From IMG/VR virus record IMGVR_UViG_3300030381_000063, positions 1-39,566 of that record: a DNA stretch of 39,566 nt, one strand, 5' to 3'. This document shows, in pieces, positions 16,154 through 23,407 of this stretch. A program made the position numbers and the translations under genes. Position 1 is the first letter of the stretch. Every line of letters starts with the position of its first letter. The DNA is from a virus. The notes under the pieces are model-generated. The model was not told the DNA's origin. It worked only from the letters and a program-made list of their open reading frames with translations, and ran no database searches.

Positions 16154-17015
16154 TGTAAAGTGGATCAAGATCACGACAGACATCTTTGACGATGAAAAAA
16201 TCCTGCTGATTGAAAGTCTGCCGGACGCTTATTCAATCATTGTCGTATGGTTCAAGCTGCTTTGCCTTGCCGGAAAAATGAACAACAGCGGCGTCTTTAT
16301 GATGAACAACCAGATCGCCTATACAGACAAGATGCTTGCAACGATTTTCCGAATGAAAGAAAGCACGGTGCAGCTTGCCTTGCAGACCTTTGAACAATTC
16401 GGAATGGTTGAAATCATTGACGGCGTTATCACGATTCCGAACTGGGGAAAGCATCAGAATCTTGACCAGCTTGAAAAGAAAAAAGTAAGTCAGCGGGAAT
16501 ATATGCGGCAATACCGGGAAAAACAAAAGCTTCTTTCTTGTAATACTTACAGTAAGGCTAACAGTAAGGCTAACAGTAAGGCTAACAGTAAGGCTAATGT
16601 TAGCCGCCCAGAAGAAGATATAGAAGAAGAAAGAGAAGAAGAAAAAGAAAGAGATAAGATAGATTATAAGGGCATCGTTGCTGCCTTCAATTCCATCTGC
16701 GTTTCTTTTCCTTCGGTCAAAGCTCTTTCTGACGCTCGGAAAAAAGCAATAAAAGCCCGGCTGAACACCTATTCCCTTGACGATTTCAAGACGCTTTTTG
16801 AAAAGGCGGAAGCTTCGTCTTTCCTGAAGGGCAAAAACAGCAGCAACTGGTCGGCAACGTTTGACTGGCTTATTAAAGATTCCAACATGGCAAAGGTGCT
16901 TGACGGAAATTATGACGATAAGCCGGTTACATACCGGCAGACCGGCAAAACGACAAAAGCCGACGAACTGAACGACTTTTACAACATGGCCGCTGAATGG
17001 GCGAAGGGAGAGTGA
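16146..17015 (+). CDS. Phage replisome organizer
   Basis: The N-terminus WIKITTDIFDDEKILLIESLPDAYSIIVVWFKLLCLAGKMNNSG matches the replisome organizer N-terminal domain. The gene contains iterons and an acidic linker. Confidence 0.88.
   Translation: MADVKWIKITTDIFDDEKILLIESLPDAYSIIVVWFKLLCLAGKMNNSGVFMMNNQIAYTDKMLATIFRMKESTVQLALQTFEQFGMVEIIDGVITIPNWGKHQNLDQLEKKKVSQREYMRQYREKQKLLSCNTYSKANSKANSKANSKANVSRPEEDIEEEREEEKERDKIDYKGIVAAFNSICVSFPSVKALSDARKKAIKARLNTYSLDDFKTLFEKAEASSFLKGKNSSNWSATFDWLIKDSNMAKVLDGNYDDKPVTYRQTGKTTKADELNDFYNMAAEWAKGE
16551..16598. repeat. Four tandem 12-bp iterons (agtaaggctaac) inside the replisome organizer gene
   Basis: The unit starts at 16551, 16563, 16575 and 16587; the last copy ends in t. 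The repeats encode (SKAN)x4. The last copy forms the inverted repeat ggctaa-tg-ttagcc (16592-16605). Confidence 0.9.
16611..16673. repeat. Polypurine A/G-rich tract (candidate DNA unwinding element)
   Basis: gaagaagatatagaagaagaaagagaagaagaaaaagaaagagataagatagattataag is almost pure purine on the plus strand and lies immediately 3' of the iterons. Confidence 0.8.
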
Positions 17016-17019
17016 AAAA

Positions 17020-17562
17020 GTGGATAAACAAGAATTTGGAATCTTTGCTTCGGCGCTTCGGACGTACTTTCCCAAAGAACAGATTCTGCCGAACAAGGAA
17101 GCCATGGAACTTTGGTTTCAGGAGCTACACGACATCCCGTATGAAACAGCAACAACCTGTCTTCGGAAATGGGTAAGCCTGAACAAATGGTCTCCGTCCA
17201 TCGCAGAAATTCGGGAAATGTGCTCGGTGATCGTCAACGGCGAGCCGCGGGCATGGCAGGACGGATGGGACGCCGTTTTGACGGCAATCCGGAAGTTCGG
17301 CTATTACAATCCAAAAGATGCAATGGCATATCTGGACGGCGTTGATCCCATCGCGGCAAGCTGCGTTCTGAAGATGGGATGGAGAAACCTTTGCACTTCG
17401 GAAAATGCCGTTGCAGACCGCGCCGCATTCCGGGGCTGCTATGAAATCATGGCGAAGCGCGAGCAGGAGCAGAAACAGCTTGCGCTTCCGCTTCAGGAAG
17501 CAATCAAGGGAATACAGCTCAAGGGCATGGATGGCGAGATTTTGAAGATCGGGGGCGCGTAA
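17020..17562 (+). CDS. Helicase-loader-like protein (SPP1 G39P-like)
   Basis: GTG 17020 lies 9 nt after an AGGGAG RBS. The position directly after the replisome organizer and the N-terminal pattern FGIFASALRTYFPKE...MELWFQELHDIPYE fit the G39P loader family. Confidence 0.6.
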   Translation: MDKQEFGIFASALRTYFPKEQILPNKEAMELWFQELHDIPYETATTCLRKWVSLNKWSPSIAEIREMCSVIVNGEPRAWQDGWDAVLTAIRKFGYYNPKDAMAYLDGVDPIAASCVLKMGWRNLCTSENAVADRAAFRGCYEIMAKREQEQKQLALPLQEAIKGIQLKGMDGEILKIGGA

Positions 17563-17807
17563 TGTTCAACGCTGCATTCAATGTGCATTACCGGCAGGAA
17601 AAACCGCCCTGCTACCAAAACGGCGAGGACTGCAAAGAACGCCGCGCAGGTTGTCACGCCGAATGCGAAGAGTTCAAAGCGTACCGGCAGCGGCTGGAAG
17701 CCGAAAAGAAAAAAGCAAGAAAGACCTTCGACGCAGAATCCGCTGCTGACGAATTCAGGATCATAGCCACATGCAAAAACATGAAAGGAAAACAGAGACA
17801 GGTATAA
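17562..17807 (+). CDS. Cys-rich hypothetical protein, 81 aa
   Basis: The start overlaps the upstream stop (TAATG). Contains CYQNGEDCKERRAGCHAEC. Confidence 0.6.
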   Translation: MFNAAFNVHYRQEKPPCYQNGEDCKERRAGCHAECEEFKAYRQRLEAEKKKARKTFDAESAADEFRIIATCKNMKGKQRQV

Positions 17808-17811
17808 AAAC

Positions 17812-18099
17812 ATGAAAGTCTATATTGCCGGAAGGATTACCGGCGTTAAGAATTACGCTGAACAATTCCGCAAAGCTGAAAACTGGTTGCTTGAAAACGG
17901 TCATATACCGTTGAATCCGGCAACGCTGCCGGAAGGAATGGAAAAAGCTGATTATATGCGCATATGCCTTGCAATGCTTGATTCGGCTGATGAAGCGTGG
18001 TTCTTGCCGGGATGGATTCACAGCAAAGGCGCAAAACTTGAAGCAGAATATTGCAAGTATACGGAAAAGCCATGCAGATATTTTCAGGAAATGGAATAG
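17812..18099 (+). CDS. DUF4406 / nucleoside 2-deoxyribosyltransferase-like protein
   Basis: MKVYIAGRITGVKNY...NPATL...DYMRICLAMLDSADEAWFLPGWIHSKGAKLE fits the DUF4406 pattern. Confidence 0.7.
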   Translation: MKVYIAGRITGVKNYAEQFRKAENWLLENGHIPLNPATLPEGMEKADYMRICLAMLDSADEAWFLPGWIHSKGAKLEAEYCKYTEKPCRYFQEME

Positions 18100-18112
18100 G
18101 GGGATCAACTGA

Positions 18113-18379
18113 ATGATGTACAAATACGGCATGAGGGCGCGGGGCTTTGCCCCGTGGTGTCAGCCTATGAAGGCAATTATCATGGCCGAGAAGGACGAAA
18201 GCGGCAAGTATCACAATATCCTGTTCTATTCCGAACCGCTGACGCAGCGGCAGCTTGAAGAGTTCGAGCTTGATTATCTGGGGGAGTGTGAATTCACCTG
18301 CGCCGACTGCGCTTGTTACCGGTGCGAGCACTTGCATCACTGCTATGGCCAATGTGCAAAGAGAGGATGTGCAAAATGA
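18113..18379 (+). CDS. Hypothetical protein with a Cys/His-rich C-terminus, 88 aa
   Basis: RBS GGGGGA. The C-terminus is CEFTCADCACYRCEHLHHCYGQCAKRGC. Confidence 0.6.
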   Translation: MMYKYGMRARGFAPWCQPMKAIIMAEKDESGKYHNILFYSEPLTQRQLEEFELDYLGECEFTCADCACYRCEHLHHCYGQCAKRGCAK

Positions 18380-18882
18380 CGATCCAAGAATGCAAACGCC
18401 GCGAACGTATTTACAAGAAGCTTGTGGAAAAGTTCCTGCCGACATTCACATTCGACAGCAACGACATGACACCAGAAGAGCTGGAATGCATTAAGGTTGC
18501 CCTGCTCCGCTCGGTTGCAATCGAAATGCTGAACATTGCGGATTTGAAAAAACGAAAGGACAGCGAACCGATGTTTGAAGAAAAAATCATCTGGCACGAG
18601 ATCACGACGCGCCCGTTGACAGAGGAAGAAAAAGCCGAGTACACCGAGCGCGGGTGTGCTGACTATGAAATCCCGGAATATTTTTTTTCCTGCGAAATGC
18701 CGAAGGACGGGCAGGAAATCCTTGTCGTTACAAGCTGGGGCGTCTCGCAGGACGTGTGCGTGATCGACTACGATGAGTGCAACAACCTGTCCGAGCTTGA
18801 AACACGCGGTGATTGGGACGGTGTGAAAGCATGGGCGGACATGCCGAAGTACAAGGGGAAAGCCGATGAGCAGCAAGTCTAA
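18376..18882 (+). CDS. Hypothetical protein with a DUF551-like C-terminal region
   Basis: ATGA overlap with the upstream gene. WHEITTRPLTEEE...EILVVTSWG...VKAWADMPKY resembles DUF551. Confidence 0.6.
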   Translation: MTIQECKRRERIYKKLVEKFLPTFTFDSNDMTPEELECIKVALLRSVAIEMLNIADLKKRKDSEPMFEEKIIWHEITTRPLTEEEKAEYTERGCADYEIPEYFFSCEMPKDGQEILVVTSWGVSQDVCVIDYDECNNLSELETRGDWDGVKAWADMPKYKGKADEQQV

Positions 18883-19102
18883 AAAGCGCCGCCCGGAGCG
18901 CGTGAGCATGACAAAAGCTGTAACAGCCGCCGAAATCATGTTCGTGTGGGCTTGGATGGACGTTTTTCATCCTTCCCCGGACGATGTGCAGAAGCTGAAG
19001 GCAAGCCTGAACAACGTTGCCGAAAGCGTCAATCTCGGCAACCTGAATATCCGGGAAATCCGGGAAGCGATCAAAGATGAACACGGATGGGAGATCAAGT
19101 GA
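18866..19102 (+). CDS. Hypothetical protein, 78 aa
   Basis: ATG follows an AAGGGGAAAG RBS. It overlaps the ends of both neighbouring genes. Confidence 0.6.
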   Translation: MSSKSKKRRPERVSMTKAVTAAEIMFVWAWMDVFHPSPDDVQKLKASLNNVAESVNLGNLNIREIREAIKDEHGWEIK

Positions 19103-19365
19103 TGTTTCATGTGAGCGGAACACGAAAATGCGAAATCTGCGGCAAGGTTTTTAATCTTATCAGCTATAATCAGCGCTATTGCGGCGAAACGTGCAAAAGA
19201 GAAGCAAACAGTATTCTCCGCCACGAAAGATATCTGGCAGAAAAGCTGAACAAGCTGAACGCGCAGATAAAACCAAAGCACGACACGCTTTCTGAAGTTG
19301 CACGGAAGGCAAACGCTATGGGGCTTACATACGGGCAGTATATGATTTTGCAAAAAGGACGGTGA
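19102..19365 (+). CDS. Zinc-ribbon small protein, 87 aa
   Basis: The start overlaps the upstream stop. Contains CEICGKVF...YCGETC and a C-terminal MGLTYGQYM helix. Confidence 0.6.
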   Translation: MFHVSGTRKCEICGKVFNLISYNQRYCGETCKREANSILRHERYLAEKLNKLNAQIKPKHDTLSEVARKANAMGLTYGQYMILQKGR

Positions 19366-19369
19366 TTGA

Positions 19370-19807
19370 ATGACAGACGTGAAGAAATACCTTTCGCAGA
19401 TCAGGCGTTACGATTCCCTTATCAACGCCAAGCTGGAAGAACGTGATCGGCTGAAGGCAATGATGACAAAGGTCACGCCCACGCTGCGGGACGTTCCTTC
19501 TTCCGGCAGCGGTGGACAAGACAAGATTTCGGACGCTATGGCAAAGCTTATCGACCTTGAAGCGGAGATCAACCGGGAAGTTGACGCCCTTGTTAACGCA
19601 AGAAATTCCGTGGTCGGCACAATCGACAAAGTAGCGGACACACAAATGCACGAGGTTCTTTGCAAGCGGTACATAGCATTTAAAACATGGGAGCAAATCG
19701 CGTTTGAAATCGGCAAATCCTATCAATGGACGTGGAGCATTCACGGCAAAGCGCTTCAGGCGGTGGAAGAAATCCTGAAAAAATCCGAAAATAATTACAG
19801 CAGTTGA
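19370..19807 (+). CDS. Late-gene transcriptional regulator (sigma-70 region-4-like, DUF1492/RinA-like)
   Basis: YLSQIRRYDSLINAKLEE...LCKRYIAFKTWEQIAFEIGKSYQWTWSIHGKALQ matches the DUF1492 pattern. It is the last gene before the packaging module. Confidence 0.75.
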   Translation: MTDVKKYLSQIRRYDSLINAKLEERDRLKAMMTKVTPTLRDVPSSGSGGQDKISDAMAKLIDLEAEINREVDALVNARNSVVGTIDKVADTQMHEVLCKRYIAFKTWEQIAFEIGKSYQWTWSIHGKALQAVEEILKKSENNYSS

Positions 19808-19867
19808 TAGAAATTGATAGTTGAAATGTGATATTGTTATTGTAGAAAAATTATACAGATGGCGATC

Positions 19868-19908
19868 AGCCAGCCGGGTTTTGCTCCTTTCCCCGGCTGG
19901 CTTTTATT
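19868..19908 (+). terminator. Rho-independent terminator / leader hairpin upstream of the late operon
   Basis: Perfect 11-bp stem: agccagccggg (19868-19878) pairs with cccggctggct (19892-19902), followed by tttatt. Confidence 0.8.
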
Positions 19909-19913
19909 ATGCC

Positions 19914-20816
19914 TTGAAAGGGTTGGTTACATGGGTAAATTGCAAGAGCGTTTCCTATGCCCCACCTGTTTCCGTATTTGATACCAAACAGGGCTATTGG
20001 CAGAAACGGAAAAACGAATGGAAAAGCATAGGGCTTGACAGCGCAGCCGGGAGAAAAGAAGCGCTGATTAGCAAAGGGTTTGCACAGCTCGCACGAATGA
20101 GAAGCGAAAATCTGACAGGGACATCAATCTTTGATCCGGTACTTTGTGAAGTCCTTTATAACTGGTACAGTCCCAAAGGCGGCATAGTGTTTGATCCCTT
20201 CGCCGGTGGCTCGGTTCGCGGCGTTGTGGCTGAAATGCTCGGACGGCATTACATCGGCATTGACCTTTCCGAAAAGCAGGTTGACGCAAACCAGATGAAC
20301 GCTGACACTTTGGGCGTGTGTCCGGTCTGGTGGTGTGATGACAGCCGGAACGCAGATAAATACATAGCAGACGAAACAGCGGATTTTGTTTTCACTTGTC
20401 CGCCGTATCACAATCTTGAAAAATACAGCGATCATCCGTTGGATTTGTCCAACATGAACTATTCCGATTTTTCGGAAGCATACAAGGAAATCATTGATAT
20501 ATCCTGCCGCAAGCTGAAAGAAAACAGTTTTGCGGCTTTTGTTGTTGGTGAAATTCGAGATTCCAAAGGCGCTTACCGGGATTTTGTGGGGCTTACAAAA
20601 GCTTTATTCAGGGAAAACGGGCTGCATCTGTATGCTGATTCCATTCTTTTGGAGCAGTATGCAACAGCGGTTATGCGAGCCGGTAGACAGTTTGAAGCGA
20701 GAAGAAAGCCGGTGAAGGTGCATCAGAATGTTCTTGTGTTTTACAAGGGCGATCCAAAAAAGATTGAAGGAATCCGGCAGCAGGATATTGAAAAGGCTGA
20801 TTTATCAAAGTTTTAA
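19914..20816 (+). CDS. DNA methyltransferase (N6A/N4C type); start uncertain
   Basis: Motif I is VFDPFAGGSVRG. Motif IV is FVFTCPPY. A conserved N-terminal SVFD..W..RK..W and a C-terminal KVHQNVLVFYKG are also present. No RBS-backed in-frame start exists (TTG 19914 or 19923). Confidence 0.8.
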   Translation: MKGLVTWVNCKSVSYAPPVSVFDTKQGYWQKRKNEWKSIGLDSAAGRKEALISKGFAQLARMRSENLTGTSIFDPVLCEVLYNWYSPKGGIVFDPFAGGSVRGVVAEMLGRHYIGIDLSEKQVDANQMNADTLGVCPVWWCDDSRNADKYIADETADFVFTCPPYHNLEKYSDHPLDLSNMNYSDFSEAYKEIIDISCRKLKENSFAAFVVGEIRDSKGAYRDFVGLTKALFRENGLHLYADSILLEQYATAVMRAGRQFEARRKPVKVHQNVLVFYKGDPKKIEGIRQQDIEKADLSKF

Positions 20817-20825
20817 TGAAGGGCG

Positions 20826-21278
20826 GTGATGATTGTGGCAAAGCTGACAGCAAAACAGCAGCGTTTTTGTGATGAATATCTGATTGACCTTAACGCGACG
20901 CAAGCCGCAATCAGAGCCGGTTACAGCAAAAAGACGGCGCGTGTGATAGGAGCGCAAAACTTATCAAAGCTTGCCGTGAAAAACTATATAAACGAACGCA
21001 TGAAAGAAAAGGAAGCTGAACTGATCGCTGATAGTGATGAAGTGATGCGTTATTTAACATCCGTTCTTCGCGGACAATCACAGTCTGAAGTTGTCGTTGT
21101 TGAAAATGTCGGCGATTACATGAGCGAAGCGCGGCTTATTCAGAAAGCGCCTGACGAAAAAGAACGCCTGAAGGCCGCCGAGCTGCTCGGCAAGGCGCAC
21201 CAAATCTTTGTTGATAAAGTTGAGCAGACCGTAGACATGGATTTAAACATCACAGTTGATTACGGTGATGACGAATGA
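20826..21278 (+). CDS. terS: Terminase small subunit (Terminase_2/P27 type)
   Basis: LTAKQQRFCDEYLIDLNATQAAIRAGYSKKTARVIGAQNL is the family signature. The start is GTG 20826, ATG 20829 or GTG 20835. Confidence 0.9.
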   Translation: MMIVAKLTAKQQRFCDEYLIDLNATQAAIRAGYSKKTARVIGAQNLSKLAVKNYINERMKEKEAELIADSDEVMRYLTSVLRGQSQSEVVVVENVGDYMSEARLIQKAPDEKERLKAAELLGKAHQIFVDKVEQTVDMDLNITVDYGDDE

Positions 21279-21517
21279 GCAACCGCAGCAAAGGGAACAG
21301 AAAGGCACAGAGGGAAAGACGATATGAGCGCCGGAAGCTGCGCCCGGAAAGGCAGAAAGAAAAGCACGTTCTGATTGACGGCAATTACTCTTTCTTCCCT
21401 GCTGCATACTGCAAGCATTATCAGGCGTGGCTTACGGTCGGCCTGATGCAAGTTCACAGATGCGCGGAAAGGCAATGCGGACGGCTGGAAAAAGGAGAAA
21501 TTACGAATGAAGATTAA
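21275..21517 (+). CDS. Basic hypothetical protein, 80 aa
   Basis: ATGA overlap with terS. The N-terminus is Arg/Lys-rich and Cys residues occur in the C-terminal half. Confidence 0.55.
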   Translation: MSNRSKGNRKAQRERRYERRKLRPERQKEKHVLIDGNYSFFPAAYCKHYQAWLTVGLMQVHRCAERQCGRLEKGEITNED

Positions 21518-21839
21518 CGTTCTCGGAACAGAATACACACTGACCGTATGCAGCGAAAATGAAGATTTGCGCTTGAACGGGTTTGACGGAATTACCGATG
21601 AAACCACCAAAGAGCTGCTTGTTGAATCCTACGAAAAAGACCGGGGCGATCCGAACTGCAAGAAAAACCTGCAAGTGCAGATCAACAAGGTCAAGCGGCA
21701 TGAGATCATCCACGCTTTTCTTTTTGAAAGCGGTCTGGCCGAAAATTCCGAATGGGCGCAGAACGAAGAAATGATTGATTTTTTCGCTATCCAGTTTCCG
21801 AAGCTGCTTGAAGCGTTCAAGGCGGCTGATGCTTTGTGA
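21507..21839 (+). CDS. Small HExxH protein (putative mini zinc metallopeptidase), 110 aa
   Basis: RHEIIHAFLFESGL carries HExxH with a downstream Glu. It lies between terS and terL. Confidence 0.6.
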   Translation: MKINVLGTEYTLTVCSENEDLRLNGFDGITDETTKELLVESYEKDRGDPNCKKNLQVQINKVKRHEIIHAFLFESGLAENSEWAQNEEMIDFFAIQFPKLLEAFKAADAL

Positions 21840-23062
21840 ATATCAACGTTCAAGCAAATCCATGTTTCAAAGAGGTTGACCGCAGCACAAAGCGCTATAT
21901 CGTAATGAAAGGAAGCGCCGGATCAGGAAAGAGTGTTGACACGGCGCAGAATTACATCCTGCGTCTGATGCAGGACAAAGGCCGGAATCTGGTATGCATC
22001 CGCAAATCCGACATAACGAACCGTGACAGCACCTTTGCAGAGCTTACAGGCGCTGTATATCGAATGTTCGGCGATCAGGCGGAACGGTATTGGCAAATCA
22101 ATATGTCGCCGCTAAAGCTGACTTGCAAGGCAAACGGCAATCATATCATCTTCCGGGGGATGAACGATGACAAGCAGCGTGAAAAGCTGAAGTCCATCAC
22201 ATTCCAGCGCGGCAAGCTGACGGACGTTTGGTGCGAGGAGGCAACCGAGCTGACACAAGCTGACGTTGAAATCATAGATGACCGTCTGCGCGGCGAGCTG
22301 CCGCCCGGTCAGTTTTATCAAATCAGGATGACTTTCAATCCGGTGAATAAGAATCACTGGATAAAGAAGGTCTTTTTTGATATTCCTGATGACAACGTGC
22401 TGACACACCACAGCACATATCAGATGAACCGCTTCATTGACGAAGCATACCGCGCCAGAATGGAGCGCCGCCGCCTTGTCGATCCGGAAGGCTATAGAAT
22501 CTATGGCCTTGGCGAATGGGGCGAGATCGGCGGCTTGATTCTCCATAACTGGGAGATCAAAGAAGTCAGCCTGAATCTGAATGATTACGATGATATAGCA
22601 ATCGGGCAGGACTTCGGCTTCAACCACGCAAACGCGATCCTGCTGCTGGGCATCAAGGACGATGACATTTCCATACTGTCTGAAATCTACGTCTTTGAAA
22701 AGGACACAGCAGAGATCATCCAGCTTGCAGCCAGCATTCCACGGAATAAACAGATGTGGTGCGACAGCGCCGAGCCTGACCGCATTAAGATGTGGCAGAA
22801 AGCCGGTTTCCGCGCCCGTGGCGTGGACAAGGGCGGCAGCGCCGGAAGCGTCAAGGCACAGATTGACTGGCTCAAACAGCGGAAAATTTTTGTCCATCCG
22901 CATTGCGTGAACACCATTAAAGAGTTGCAGCAATGGAAGTGGAAAAAAGACGATAAGTCCGGCGAATACCTTGACGAACCTGTCCCGTTTCAGGATGACG
23001 CAATGGCAGCGCTGCGTTACGGCGTGGAAAGCTGGCGCAAGGTCAAACGCTGGCTATATTAA
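21836..23062 (+). CDS. terL: Terminase large subunit (PBSX/Terminase_3 type)
   Basis: The Walker A motif is GSAGSGKS, the Walker B-like motif is VWCEEA, and a C-terminal nuclease region follows. The start is GTG 21836, overlapping the upstream stop. Confidence 0.92.
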   Translation: MNINVQANPCFKEVDRSTKRYIVMKGSAGSGKSVDTAQNYILRLMQDKGRNLVCIRKSDITNRDSTFAELTGAVYRMFGDQAERYWQINMSPLKLTCKANGNHIIFRGMNDDKQREKLKSITFQRGKLTDVWCEEATELTQADVEIIDDRLRGELPPGQFYQIRMTFNPVNKNHWIKKVFFDIPDDNVLTHHSTYQMNRFIDEAYRARMERRRLVDPEGYRIYGLGEWGEIGGLILHNWEIKEVSLNLNDYDDIAIGQDFGFNHANAILLLGIKDDDISILSEIYVFEKDTAEIIQLAASIPRNKQMWCDSAEPDRIKMWQKAGFRARGVDKGGSAGSVKAQIDWLKQRKIFVHPHCVNTIKELQQWKWKKDDKSGEYLDEPVPFQDDAMAALRYGVESWRKVKRWLY

Positions 23063-23094
23063 ATTTTTAACATTGTGAAAGTGAGTGCCACAAT

Positions 23095-23388
23095 ATGGAC
23101 GAATACGGAAGAAGGCTGACCGCCGTGGAAGAACGATCTAAATCCAACACGCACAGAATCGATGAGCTATACAAAAAGCAGGAAGAAATGATCGAAACGA
23201 TTAAGACCGTCGCTGTCATGGCGTCCGAACAGACGCATATTAAAGCGGATGTTGCCGAGATCAAAAGCGATGTAAAGAAGATCATGGGCAGGGATGGCAG
23301 ACGCTGGGAAATGGTGGTCGAAAAGGTCATCCTTCTTGCCGTCGCCGCAATGGTCGGCTATGTCCTGCTGAAAATCGGGCTTCAGTAA
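23095..23388 (+). CDS. XhlA-like coiled-coil protein with a C-terminal TM helix
   Basis: LTAVEERSKSNTHRIDELYKK...DVAEIKSDVKKI, then ILLAVAAMVGYVLLKIG. This matches the architecture of PBSX XhlA lysis-associated proteins. Confidence 0.6.
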   Translation: MDEYGRRLTAVEERSKSNTHRIDELYKKQEEMIETIKTVAVMASEQTHIKADVAEIKSDVKKIMGRDGRRWEMVVEKVILLAVAAMVGYVLLKIGLQ

Positions 23389-23407
23389 AAAAGGAAGGTG
23401 AAAATCC

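Noticed and set aside
16551-16598. The tandem repeat considered as a possible CRISPR array
   Set aside because: The units are 12 bp and directly abutting, with no spacers. They lie in frame inside a CDS, and no cas genes are present. They are interpreted as origin iterons.
16233-17105. A 290-aa minus-strand ORF opposite the replisome organizer
   Set aside because: It is antisense to a CDS with a clear family match. It includes low-complexity translation of the iterons and the polypurine tract (FFFFSFFF, repeated SLTV).
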